NCBI GenBank assembly: GCA_963676795.2 | Contig: CAXXTB010000001.1 | Location: 704,001-768,000 of the forward strand | Direction of reading: 5' to 3' | Origin: Geopsychrobacteraceae bacterium | GTDB taxonomy: Bacteria > Desulfobacterota > Desulfuromonadia > Desulfuromonadales > Geopsychrobacteraceae | Length of the DNA stretch: 64,000 nucleotides | Shown: positions 1 to 9,220 of the stretch, one piece after another | Numbering within the stretch: the stretch's first letter is position 1 | Layout of the letters: each line of letters begins with the position of its first letter | Made by a program: the position numbers and the translations under genes | Notes under the pieces: model-generated | The model's database searches: none | What the model saw: the letters and a program-made list of their open reading frames with translations, nothing else | Told to the model about the DNA's origin: nothing

Positions 1-1088
1 GAATTGACCTTCACCAGTTTCAGGGTCTTGTCGATAATCGCATTTATGTCGGTCGGAACCATGTGCGGATCGCTGGGACGGGAATAATAGAGCAGTTCAT
101 GGAGCATTTTATCCAGACGATCCGTTTCGGAGATGACCAGCGAGGTGTACTCCCGGTGAGGATGCTCTGGTAGCAGTTCCGATTCGATCAGTTGGACAAA
201 CCCTTTGATCGCTGTGAGCGGAGAACGGATTTCGTGGGCGACGCCAGCGGTGATCTCGCCGAGCGCGACCAGCCGGTCTGTCCGTTGCAGCTGTTCTTCC
301 ATTTTGCGCTGCTGAGCCAGATGATCGGCGAAACTGTTGATTGAACCAGCGATCTTGCCAAGGTCTCCGGCGATGGGCGGTATCCGGTAGTTTTGATCTT
401 TTTCTATGATTTTGATGGCGGATACGATTTCCTTGATTCTGCCACCGACCAGCTGGGCAATGAGAGCAGTGCCGATGAAGGAAACGACAATCCCCAGAGC
501 AATCATCATATAGGCTGTAGACGAGAAATTGTGGAACTGGCGGTTGATATCGTCGACCAGTTCATTGGCCCAGACGTAACCTATGACCTTCTGGTTACGG
601 ATCAATGGTGCCATGCAGTTCATGATCGTGCCGCGTACCAGCTGTCCGGTTTGAACCAGCGGTTTTCCACTGTCCATAACCCTGCGCCCCTGGTGCGCCT
701 GATCAATGGAGAGGGAAACCATGTGGCCGAGTGTTCGGCTTGGGCCGTAAGTGATTATGGCATCGAGCTCTTTAGAGTAATAGCCGACACCGATGCCGTC
801 CTGACTGGCTGCAACCAGATCGGTGAAGGGGGCCAAACGACGATTGAGGGTATTGATCTTTTCCGGGCGGGAAGCCCGTTCCTCCCCTTCTTCAACCAGA
901 ATGTCATTAAAGGTTCCTGCCAGTCCGTTGTCGAGCAGTTGAGTAAAGGCAAACAGCTTATTCTGTTTTTCTTGCAGCAGGTTTTTATGGGCAGTATTGA
1001 GCAGATAGAAGCCGGCACCCAAAGAGGTGACAGCAATAATAATGGACATGCTGAGGAAGATTAAGATACGAACAGGAATGCGTCTCAT
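1..1088 (-). CDS. Membrane sensor histidine kinase, AtoS-like (3' end runs off the window)
   Basis: Manual minus-strand translation from ATG at 1088: MRRIPVRILIFLSMSIIIAVTLLGAG (TM), a periplasmic domain ending VIGYVWANE, a second TM, then H-box LGEITAGVAHEIRSPLTAIKGFVQ. Absent from the ORF track because it is truncated. Confidence 0.85.
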   Translation of the reverse strand, partial: MRRIPVRILIFLSMSIIIAVTSLGAGFYLLNTAHKNLLQEKQNKLFAFTQLLDNGLAGTFNDILVEEGEERASRPEKINTLNRRLAPFTDLVAASQDGIGVGYYSKELDAIITYGPSRTLGHMVSLSIDQAHQGRRVMDSGKPLVQTGQLVRGTIMNCMAPLIRNQKVIGYVWANELVDDINRQFHNFSSTAYMMIALGIVVSFIGTALIAQLVGGRIKEIVSAIKIIEKDQNYRIPPIAGDLGKIAGSINSFADHLAQQRKMEEQLQRTDRLVALGEITAGVAHEIRSPLTAIKGFVQLIESELLPEHPHREYTSLVISETDRLDKMLHELLYYSRPSDPHMVPTDINAIIDKTLKLVKVN

Positions 1089-1357
1089 GGCTGCTCCGAA
1101 GATGATGTTGAGGCGTAGATGCAATTTATCCGTAGTTCGAGTTTTAATTTGTATCATTCAAGGAACTGTAAAATCAAAGCCTATTTTTTAATTAAAAAAA
1201 TGATATTTTCTTAATATGATATAAATCTGACTTGGTGGCGGGGGGATATTCTTGTGCCGCAGTTGAATAACTGAAAGGTCCTTGGCGAAACGGTTAAGGA
1301 CCTTGTTCATTGTTTATCGGGAGAAAGCCGTTGAGACTTCCCCCGATCGTGTTTGAA

Positions 1358-1774
1358 TTAATCATGGTACGGTTGCATGAAGGGCAGTTTCTCAGCAGTG
1401 CGATAGCGGGCCGGCATTTCGGCCTGCTTTCCTTCTCTGGTCCAGATCGTCAGGGTGAATTCTTTGTTCAGGTCGGTTTCCGTCAGTGGATGATCCACAT
1501 GCCTTGTTCTTATGAAGACTGCGTAAGGTTCGTGTCTGCGCATTTCGAACATGATCTCGTATGCATCGTAGCCATTCCATATGCCTTTGGTCAGGATCGC
1601 CCGGCATCCCAGGGTCATGTTCATCAGGACCTCGGTGTAATCCGGGGGAACCAGCAGCCTGGCTACCCCATCATGGATCGACAGGTAAAGAAAACCCTCT
1701 CTGGCCAGAAACAGATCCCAAAAGTTGGTGGATTCAATATCTGGACCCTTGTTGTTAATCTTGACAGTTTCCAT
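1358..1774 (-). CDS. Hypothetical protein, 138 aa
   Basis: ATG preceded by AAGGAGA RBS; globular-looking composition; no family recognised with certainty. Confidence 0.7.
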   Translation of the reverse strand: METVKINNKGPDIESTNFWDLFLAREGFLYLSIHDGVARLLVPPDYTEVLMNMTLGCRAILTKGIWNGYDAYEIMFEMRRHEPYAVFIRTRHVDHPLTETDLNKEFTLTIWTREGKQAEMPARYRTAEKLPFMQPYHD

Positions 1775-1839
1775 GGGTATCTCCTTCGTCGGGTACTGGC
1801 GTCATGGTGAAACTTGCCGGAAATGAAGTGATAGAACGC

Positions 1840-1866
1840 AAAAAGGCCGGATCAATGATCCGGCCT
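1840..1866 (-). terminator. Intrinsic terminator downstream of tRNA-Pro
   Basis: AGGCCGGATCA-A-TGATCCGGCCT hairpin followed by a T-run on the minus strand. Confidence 0.75.
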
Positions 1867-1883
1867 CATTACCTGATTATTCA

Positions 1884-1960
<77 letters not shown>

Positions 1961-2071
1961 ACACAAGCTGACATGGCGCAAATATTTATCACCCTTGTCG
2001 GCGAAATGCAAGGGGATTGATGGGGGTGGTGTCGCAGAGCTGATATTTTTCAGGGTTGCCGGGCCGGCGCT

Positions 2072-2295
2072 TCAGTGGGGACGTTGATTCTGGGCGCTGA
2101 TGACCTCGCGAACCTTTCTGCTGATGAAGATCGGCAGATAAAAGCGATTGTTGCTTCGGTAATCATCGCGGCGAGTTCGTTTTCACAGAGCTCGATGACT
2201 TGCCGGGATTGGGTAGGGAATTCTTCACAGAGAAGCTGAAGGGCCGATTCGTACTGATATTTTTCCACGTCGCTGGAGAAGAGTGCTTTGTTCAT
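2072..2295 (-). pseudogene. Small DUF3562-like protein with a 1-nt frameshift (or sequencing error)
   Basis: CAGGAG RBS and ATG at 2295; reads MNKALFSS...ITEATI, then the shifted frame gives (R)[27 protein letters not shown] at 2072. Span is 224 nt, one short of 75 codons. Confidence 0.55.
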
Positions 2296-2340
2296 GAATT
2301 CTCCTGTCATTCGAAACGCGCGCACTATACCAACCAAGTG

Positions 2341-2979
2341 TTAGGATTGCGTTAGTTGTGACGTCTTTTCGGGGGAAATGCTGATTTTCCCCTGGCTGAG
2401 GTCGGTCAGGGCCGTTTCCAGCGCCTCCTGTTGCTCGCTGGGACAGCGAACACTCAGTTCGACAAGGGCGCCGAAGGCACGCTCGAGAAGTTCGGCTTCA
2501 AAGTGGGGCAGGAGCAGTTCTATCTGCTGCAGGAGTGTGTAGTCACAACTGAAAGAGAACTGTTGCCAATCGATCTTTTCTCCGATGGAGGCCTGTGCCA
2601 GGACATTCTGCGCGGCCAGGGTATAGGCCTTGACCATTCCCCCCTTGCCCAGCTTGATGCCGCCGAAGTAACGGCTGACGACGATGGCGATATCGCCGAT
2701 ACCGCTGTGCTGCAGGGTGGTCAGCAGTGGTTTTCCGGCTACACCGTGCGGCTCCCCGTCGTCACTCAAGCCGACCCGATCGCTGCTTCCTGGGGGGCCG
2801 ACCAAGTAGGCCCAGCAGTTGTGGTTGGCGTCGGAAAATTCGGACTTGGTCGTGGCAATGAATTCGGCGGCCTCTTCACAGGAACAGACCGGTTGCAGGG
2901 TGGCGATGAAACGGCTGCGTTCGACAACGGTTTCGCAGCGACCGGATTCAAGCAGGATGGGATAGCGTTTTGAGTTCAT
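2341..2979 (-). CDS. yigZ: YigZ/IMPACT family protein
   Basis: SRFIA, DANHNCWAY, SDDGEPHGVAGKP and SRYFGGIKLGKGGMVKAY motifs. Confidence 0.92.
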   Translation of the reverse strand: MNSKRYPILLESGRCETVVERSRFIATLQPVCSCEEAAEFIATTKSEFSDANHNCWAYLVGPPGSSDRVGLSDDGEPHGVAGKPLLTTLQHSGIGDIAIVVSRYFGGIKLGKGGMVKAYTLAAQNVLAQASIGEKIDWQQFSFSCDYTLLQQIELLLPHFEAELLERAFGALVELSVRCPSEQQEALETALTDLSQGKISISPEKTSQLTQS

Positions 2980-3005
2980 AATTTATCAAACTGAAGCAGT
3001 CAATG

Positions 3006-3445
3006 TTGTTCCATGTCATCAAGCCGGGCACCGGCTTTGCGATTCCGCGCTTCAAGACGCATTGCGGCTCGTCTGAGCGCGAGTAACGTAGCAGCCTCAA
3101 TGCTACGAAGAAACGGCAAGCAAATTATTCCCGATGCCGTTGACCGTAGCGTTTCTTTTGCACCCTTTACTTTGCGCACAAAGAAAAGGGTGTCGTCTGG
3201 CGGGACGAGACCCGCCGGTTTTGGTTCTGATGCTTCAGTATTTAAAGATCTTAAGTCGTGGGGTCGCGCCCCCACACTGCGCCTTACTTTTGACCTGGGC
3301 GTCAAAAGTAAGCAAAAACGCCCTTTTATATATTGGTCACCAGCCTGCGTTTTTTCGTAGCACCCACCAGCAAAACGCCTTGCGCCCCAAGATGAGCAAG
3401 CTCATCAACGGGCAGAACCGAAAAGACTCCGCGTTGCGGAGTCTT
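3006..3445. repeat. ~440-bp structured dispersed repeat, copy A
   Basis: Colinear with the reverse complement of 62850-63281, e.g. CATGTCATCAAGCCGGG, CTCGTCTGAGCG and GCGCCCCAAGATG.GC.AGCTCATCAACGGGC.GAACCG; contains many hairpins. Confidence 0.85.
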
Positions 3446-3482
3446 GACAGAAACAGTTGAAACAATCTTGCGATCTTTACGA

Positions 3483-3971
3483 TTAGAGAGTGACGTCAGT
3501 TTTTTTCTTTTCGTCCTGCCAGCTGCAGACCAGTATGATAGCGACCCCGACGCAGATTGCGCTGTCGGCAATATTGAAGGCAGGCCAGTAGTGGTCGTAC
3601 CAGTGAACATAGAGAAAGTCGATGACCTCTCCCAGACGGGCCCGGTCGATCAGGTTGCCGATGGCTCCGCTGAAGATCAGGCCGAGGCCGAGGTGCTGGC
3701 AGTATTTGCTGTCCTCCAGGCGGGTCAGGTACCAGAGGATCAGCAAAGAGGCGATGACCGAGACACTCAGGAAAAACGGCACCCGGATGCTGCTGTCGGC
3801 AAGAATGCCGAAAGCAGCACCGGGGTTGCGGACGTAGGTGATATGAAAAAAGTGAGAGATCACTTTTTTCGATTCGCCGATCATAAAATGGCTGTCGATA
3901 TAGATCTTGCTCGCCTGGTCAAGGATCAGGGCGACCGCGGCTGTCAGAGCAAAAATCTGGTACTTTCTCAT
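3483..3971 (-). CDS. lspA: Lipoprotein signal peptidase II
   Basis: DQASK, NPGAAFG, GAIGNLIDR, VIDFL and WPAFNIADSAI motifs; ATG at 3971 immediately after the ileS stop. Confidence 0.95.
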   Translation of the reverse strand: MRKYQIFALTAAVALILDQASKIYIDSHFMIGESKKVISHFFHITYVRNPGAAFGILADSSIRVPFFLSVSVIASLLILWYLTRLEDSKYCQHLGLGLIFSGAIGNLIDRARLGEVIDFLYVHWYDHYWPAFNIADSAICVGVAIILVCSWQDEKKKTDVTL

Positions 3972-3972
3972 C

Positions 3973-6753
3973 TTACTCGGCATCAAGGGCAGCGGCACAG
4001 CGGCTACAGATGCTTGGATGTTCGCTGCTCCCGCCGACACTGGTTGCGTAGTTCCAGCAGCGTTCACACTTCTCGCCTTCGGCGTCCAAAACCTGCAGCT
4101 TCAGTCCTTCGATCTGCTCTCCCGCCTGCGGTGCTGGAATCTGATCGGTCAGCTCGACCTGGGAGACGATGAAGTAGGTCGGCAGCAGGTCGCTGTATTC
4201 CTCAAGCAGGGCACGGTAGCTTTCCGGTGCGTCGATCAGCACCTTGGCTTCCAGTGACTGGCCGATCTGCTTGGCAGCACGGGCATTTTCCAGTTGCTTG
4301 GAGACCTCGGAGCGGATCTTCTGCAGCTTTTCGTAACGGGTTTCCAGGTCGTCGTTCAGGTAGCTGCTGATCGCAGCCGGGAAGGCGGCCAGGTGGACGC
4401 TTTCCTCACGCTCGCCCGGCAGCAGCTGCCAGATCTCGTCGGCGGTAAAGCTCAGCACCGGTGCGATCAGGCGGGTCAGGGCATCGGCGATGCGGTACAG
4501 TGTGGTCCGGGCGCTTCTGTAGGCGACGCTCGACTTCGGACTGGTGTAGAGGCGGTCCTTGAGGATATCGAGATAGAAGGCGCTCAAATCGATTGCGCAG
4601 AAGTTATGCACCGCGTGATAGAAGACGTGGAACTCGTACTTGTCGTAGGCGGTCTGAACGCGCTGGATCAAACGGGCCAGGCGCGACAGCGCCCAGCGGT
4701 CGAGTTCGAGCAGCTCGTCATCCGCAACCATGTCAGTTGCCGGATCAAAACCGGCCAGGTTGCCGAGCAGATAGCGCGCAGTGTTGCGGATCCGCCGGTA
4801 GGCGTCGGAGAGGCGCTGCAGGGTTTCGTTGCCGAGCTTGATATCGTCACGGTAGTCGGTTGCCGCAACCCAGAGGCGCAGGATCTCGGCGCCGTACTTC
4901 TTGATGATCTCTTCCGGGGCAATGACGTTGCCGAGCGATTTCGACATCGGCCGGCCGTCCTTGTCGAGGACGAAGCCGTGGGTCAGAACCGACTTGTACG
5001 GTGCACGGTCGCGGGTGCCGACCGATTCGAGCAGGCTCGAATGGAACCAGCCGCGATGCTGGTCGGAACCTTCCAGGTACATGTCGGCAGGGCTGCTGAG
5101 CTCATCGCGCTCTTCCAGAACGGCGGCATGGGAAACGCCGGAGTCGAACCAGACGTCAAGGATGTCGGTCTCCTTGGTGAACCTGTCGTGACCGCAGGAC
5201 GGACAGCTGGTTCCGGCGGGGAGCAGTTCGCTCGCCTCTTTTTCAAACCAGACGTCGCTCCCTTCCTCCATGAACTGATCGGCGATGTGGTGCATCACCT
5301 TGCCGTCGGCCAGGGCTTCGCCACACTTCTCGCAATAGACGATGGTGATCGGCACACCCCAGCTGCGCTGACGGCTGATACACCAGTCCGGACGGCCTTC
5401 GACCATGTTGTAGATGCGATCGTGACCCCAGCTAGGGACCCACTGGACCTTGTCGATCTCGGCCAGGGCTTTGCCGCGCAGGTCGTTGTTCTCCATGCTG
5501 ATGAACCACTGCTCGGTGGCACGGAAGATAACCGGCTTCTTGCAGCGCCAGCAGTGCGGATAACTGTGGTTCAGATCGCTGGCTTTGAGCAGGGCGTCGA
5601 CCTCGGTCAGTTTCTCGATGACGGCAGGGTTGGCTTCGGCCAGCTTGAGACCGCCGAACAGCTCCAGATCCTGGCGGTAGCGACCGTAGTCATCGACCGG
5701 GTTGTAGATGTCGAGACCGTACTTGAGGCCGATCAGGTAGTCGTCCTGACCATGGCCCGGAGCGGTGTGAACACAGCCGGTACCGGCTTCCAGGGTGACG
5801 TGATCGCCGAGCATGATCAGCGAGTTACGCGCGTAAAAGGGATGACGGCAGTTCTTGTTGTCGAACAGTTCGGCGCTGAACGGCTCGCTCAAACTGGTGT
5901 TCTCCAGAGCGAGGGTCTGGATGACCTTTTCGGCCAGGCCGGCGGCCATGACCAGGCGTTCACTGCCGGTATCGACGGCGACATATTCCAGCTCAGGATT
6001 GAGGGAGATCCCCAGATTGGCCGGAATCGTCCATGGTGTCGTGGTCCAGATGACAAAGAACAGCGGCTTGTCAGAAAGGCTGCTCAGTTCGGCCGGCAGT
6101 TCGTCCGTGTAAGGGAACTTGACGTAGATCGAAGGCGAGGTGTGATTGTCGTACTCGACCTCGGCCTCGGCCAGGGCGGTGACGCAGGAGGAACACCAGT
6201 GGATCGGCTTCTTCCCTTTGAACAGCGAGCCGCGCTCGGCCAGTTTGGCCAGTTCGCGGGCGGTCGCCGCCTCGTAGCGGAAGTTCATGGTCAGGTACGG
6301 GTTCTGCCAGTTGCCGAAGATCCCCAGGCGCTGGAATTCCCCGGCCTGGGTCTGGATCCAGACCTTGGCGTATTCGCGGCACTCGCGGCGGAAGTCGGCT
6401 TTGCTCATCTCGCGCTTCTTCTTGCCCAGTTTCTTGTCGACCATCAGTTCGATCGGCAGACCGTGGCAGTCCCAGCCCGGAACGTACGGAGAGTAGAAGC
6501 CCTGCATGCGGCGGCTCTTGATAATGACGTCCTTGAGCACCTTGTTCAGCGCGTGCCCCATGTGAATGTGGCCGTTGGCGTAAGGAGGGCCGTCGTGAAG
6601 GATGAAGCTCTTCTGGCCTTTATTGGCTTCTTCCAGTTTATCGTTGAGTCCGAGCTTGTCCCACTGGGCCAGGATCTCTGGCTCACGGGTCGGCAGGTTT
6701 GCGCGCATCGGAAAATCTGTTTCAGGCAGATTGAGGGTCTCTTTATAATCCAT
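3973..6753 (-). CDS. ileS: Isoleucine--tRNA ligase (type 1)
   Basis: HDGPPYANGHIHMGH (HIGH), WTTTPWT editing motif, MSKS, C-terminal CERCW...CSRC zinc site; classic ileS-lspA order. Confidence 0.98.
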   Translation of the reverse strand: MDYKETLNLPETDFPMRANLPTREPEILAQWDKLGLNDKLEEANKGQKSFILHDGPPYANGHIHMGHALNKVLKDVIIKSRRMQGFYSPYVPGWDCHGLPIELMVDKKLGKKKREMSKADFRRECREYAKVWIQTQAGEFQRLGIFGNWQNPYLTMNFRYEAATARELAKLAERGSLFKGKKPIHWCSSCVTALAEAEVEYDNHTSPSIYVKFPYTDELPAELSSLSDKPLFFVIWTTTPWTIPANLGISLNPELEYVAVDTGSERLVMAAGLAEKVIQTLALENTSLSEPFSAELFDNKNCRHPFYARNSLIMLGDHVTLEAGTGCVHTAPGHGQDDYLIGLKYGLDIYNPVDDYGRYRQDLELFGGLKLAEANPAVIEKLTEVDALLKASDLNHSYPHCWRCKKPVIFRATEQWFISMENNDLRGKALAEIDKVQWVPSWGHDRIYNMVEGRPDWCISRQRSWGVPITIVYCEKCGEALADGKVMHHIADQFMEEGSDVWFEKEASELLPAGTSCPSCGHDRFTKETDILDVWFDSGVSHAAVLEERDELSSPADMYLEGSDQHRGWFHSSLLESVGTRDRAPYKSVLTHGFVLDKDGRPMSKSLGNVIAPEEIIKKYGAEILRLWVAATDYRDDIKLGNETLQRLSDAYRRIRNTARYLLGNLAGFDPATDMVADDELLELDRWALSRLARLIQRVQTAYDKYEFHVFYHAVHNFCAIDLSAFYLDILKDRLYTSPKSSVAYRSARTTLYRIADALTRLIAPVLSFTADEIWQLLPGEREESVHLAAFPAAISSYLNDDLETRYEKLQKIRSEVSKQLENARAAKQIGQSLEAKVLIDAPESYRALLEEYSDLLPTYFIVSQVELTDQIPAPQAGEQIEGLKLQVLDAEGEKCERCWNYATSVGGSSEHPSICSRCAAALDAE

Positions 6754-6901
6754 GCCGGTTCTTCTCCACTATAGATAGCGGCTCTGGCCGCTGAAAAAAC
6801 TAAACTCGCAAGCTAACAAAAGCTGACTGATTGATCAAGAAGAAAGGTAGGTTTTTCGCGGGTTTTATCCCCGTTCAGTGTGTGTGGTGAGCGAACTGAA
6901 G

Positions 6902-7693
6902 TCAATCCCGTGAGGTCATTTTTCTGATCTGGCCAAGCAGTCTGGCCCACAGACTGCCCAGCTGCTCGTGCCACCAGTAGGTGGTGCGATTCAGGGTCGA
7001 AGCGTCCGGCAGGTGCCACCAGGTGAAGACCGGTTTGCTTAAGTGCTCGGTCGGAGCGGCGACCGGGGCTAATCCCTGCCCCCCAAAAAGCCCCATGGCG
7101 CGCGGCATGTGCATCGCCGTGGTGACCAGCACCAGGTGCGCCTCCGGGAAGTTTTCAGCAATGATCTGTGCTTCTTCGGCGGTATCGCGCGGGCCGTCGA
7201 AAGTGAGGATATCTTCGGCCGGAATTTTCAGTTCAATGGCCAGCTGTTTCAGCTTGTCCGGGTAGGCGACCGGGTCGTTTTCCAGGCCGTGATAGCCGGT
7301 AAAGACCAGCTTGCTCCCCGGATTCTGGTAGTAGATGCGGATCCCTTCGGTCAGGCGAACGATGCCGGAGGGTTGAATCTCGCTGGTGAGCGGCTGCTGA
7401 CCGAAGGTCGACTGATGCCAAGCACCAAGGACAACGATGTAGTCGGCCGGGGTTTCGCCCGCCTGGTAGGCCGGGTAGCTGTTTTCAAAGGGATCGATAA
7501 TCTGCCGGTTCAGCGGGGCATAGCTGCAGATGAACAACAGGGCGAGCGTAAGCAGAATGACGAGGTAGCCGAACCAGCGGGTCTTGCGCCGCAGTATCAG
7601 CAGCAGAGCCCAGAGCAATAGCAGGATCATGAGCGGAACCGGCATCAGCAGGCTGCCGAGAATTTTTTTGGCGAGAAAAGCGTAGTGATCCAT
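6902..7693 (-). CDS. elyC: ElyC/YdcF (DUF218) envelope biogenesis protein
   Basis: N-terminal TMs; IVVLG, RLTEG, PRDTAEEA, LVTTAMHMPRA and HEQLG motifs. Confidence 0.8.
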   Translation of the reverse strand: MDHYAFLAKKILGSLLMPVPLMILLLLWALLLILRRKTRWFGYLVILLTLALLFICSYAPLNRQIIDPFENSYPAYQAGETPADYIVVLGAWHQSTFGQQPLTSEIQPSGIVRLTEGIRIYYQNPGSKLVFTGYHGLENDPVAYPDKLKQLAIELKIPAEDILTFDGPRDTAEEAQIIAENFPEAHLVLVTTAMHMPRAMGLFGGQGLAPVAAPTEHLSKPVFTWWHLPDASTLNRTTYWWHEQLGSLWARLLGQIRKMTSRD

Positions 7694-7755
7694 CGATCCG
7701 GCTCCGGGTGAAATGTGTAGCGCTTAGGAACACTAACGCAGACGTCCTCTATTGA

Positions 7756-8424
7756 TCAAGTATCTCGTGTGAATTCACAAAGATGGGCGCAGGGGCAGGC
7801 GTTACAGAGCGGCTTTTTACGGCAGAACTCCTTGCAGTGGATAACGATCAGGGCATGGTACTCGTTGTAGAGCTGGACATCATCAGGCAGGGTGCTCATG
7901 AACAGCTGGCGGACCTGCTCATATTTCTCATTTCCATTGAGTAGGCCGAGGCGCGCAAAGACCCGGTTGGTATAGGCATCGACGACAAAAGAGAGCTGGT
8001 CGCCGGCATAGAGCAGGATCGAATCGGCCGTTTCCGGGCCGACCCCTTTGAGACTGAGCAACTCTTTTCTGGCCATCTCCAGCGGTTGGGCGACCAGGTT
8101 TTCGATTTTACCCTGATGCTGTTCTGCCAGGTGTTGGCAGAACAGTTTCAGACGCTCAGCTTTCTGGCGGAAATAGCCCGATGGGCGGATCATCTGTTCC
8201 AGTTCGCATGTTTCAACGGCGATGATAGCCTCACAGCTCAAGGCGTCGGCCTGCTTGAGATTGTTAATCGCCTTTTCAACATTGCTCCAGTTGGTGTTCT
8301 GGGTGAGGATGGCGCCGATCGTCACCTCGAACGGCGTCTCCCCCGGCCACCAGTTCTGCGGGCCGTAACAGGAATAAAGGAGCTGGTAGGTGGCGGACAG
8401 TTTGTTGTCAGAGTGATCTTTCAT
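7756..8424 (-). CDS. Endonuclease III-related HhH-GPD DNA glycosylase
   Basis: WWPGETPFEV.IGAILTQNTNW, LKGVGPETADSILLYA, VVDAY and C-terminal C-x6-C-x2-C-x5-C. Confidence 0.9.
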   Translation of the reverse strand: MKDHSDNKLSATYQLLYSCYGPQNWWPGETPFEVTIGAILTQNTNWSNVEKAINNLKQADALSCEAIIAVETCELEQMIRPSGYFRQKAERLKLFCQHLAEQHQGKIENLVAQPLEMARKELLSLKGVGPETADSILLYAGDQLSFVVDAYTNRVFARLGLLNGNEKYEQVRQLFMSTLPDDVQLYNEYHALIVIHCKEFCRKKPLCNACPCAHLCEFTRDT

Positions 8425-8570
8425 AGTCAGGGATTTTAGATTTTTGTGGGAACAGTTTCAATCTTCCTGTTTCCATTCTGAATAGACTGGATGAAAAGAG
8501 TCCACGGCTTGGATTTTTGAGAGAATTGGATTAGTGTACATTTCGTAAATTGTGGATGCCGGGAGGGATT

Positions 8571-9071
8571 ATGGCAGATTTTGCAGCATTATCTTTTGTA
8601 AAAATCAATTATGCAGTACAGGTCCACGCCAATCCCCAGCTGTACAAATATGTCTGGTGGGTTGTCGCGGAAGAGGAACTGCCGGCCGATTTTCCGCTGT
8701 TATTTCCGCTTAATGCGGACGGTTCTCTGGCCTCGCCATGGCTGAGCGAAGAAACCTCAGCCGATGAGGAGATGAGCGCGGAGTCCCGGCGGATGGTGAG
8801 GCGCAGGGAATTATCTCTCGGTATAGGCGCTTATCAACGGACCTGTATCGATTTCATCCGGAGTAATTACCAGCGCCTGTGCATGGCTGATGCCTTGGAA
8901 ATAATGGATCTGCTGGAACGACGCAATCAGTCATACATTATCGTCAATAAGGAACTGCCGCGCATCGGGATCGGCTCGCCGGTAGATTCCGAGCATAACC
9001 GTTGGGAAGGGCGGGAATGGGCCTGCGGTTTTGATGAAGACGAGGATCCGGTCGTGGGTGGCTATAAATAG
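8571..9071 (+). CDS. Hypothetical protein
   Basis: GGAGG RBS before ATG at 8571; 166-aa open frame; no recognised family. Confidence 0.6.
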   Translation: MADFAALSFVKINYAVQVHANPQLYKYVWWVVAEEELPADFPLLFPLNADGSLASPWLSEETSADEEMSAESRRMVRRRELSLGIGAYQRTCIDFIRSNYQRLCMADALEIMDLLERRNQSYIIVNKELPRIGIGSPVDSEHNRWEGREWACGFDEDEDPVVGGYK

Positions 9072-9220
9072 TTTGGAATGATTTTAATGCGAGACTTTCC
9101 CGTTTCATTGAACCTGCAAAAAAAACTGGATCTGACCCGATAATAGTGTAAGTGAAAATTGCACGATCTGCCGGAAATAGATAGTTGACCCCTGCTGCCT
9201 GCATCTATGCCTTAGCGGAT

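Noticed and set aside
393..1064. 223-aa plus-strand ORF
   Set aside because: Antisense to the truncated sensor kinase on the minus strand.
3000..3460. ORFs 3000-3305, 3013-3360 and 3134-3460, plus 62815-63054 and 63051-63281
   Set aside because: They lie inside the structured repeat; frames are not conserved between the two copies while hairpins are.
4294..6774. 826-aa plus-strand ORF
   Set aside because: Antisense shadow of ileS caused by GC-rich codon bias; no motifs.
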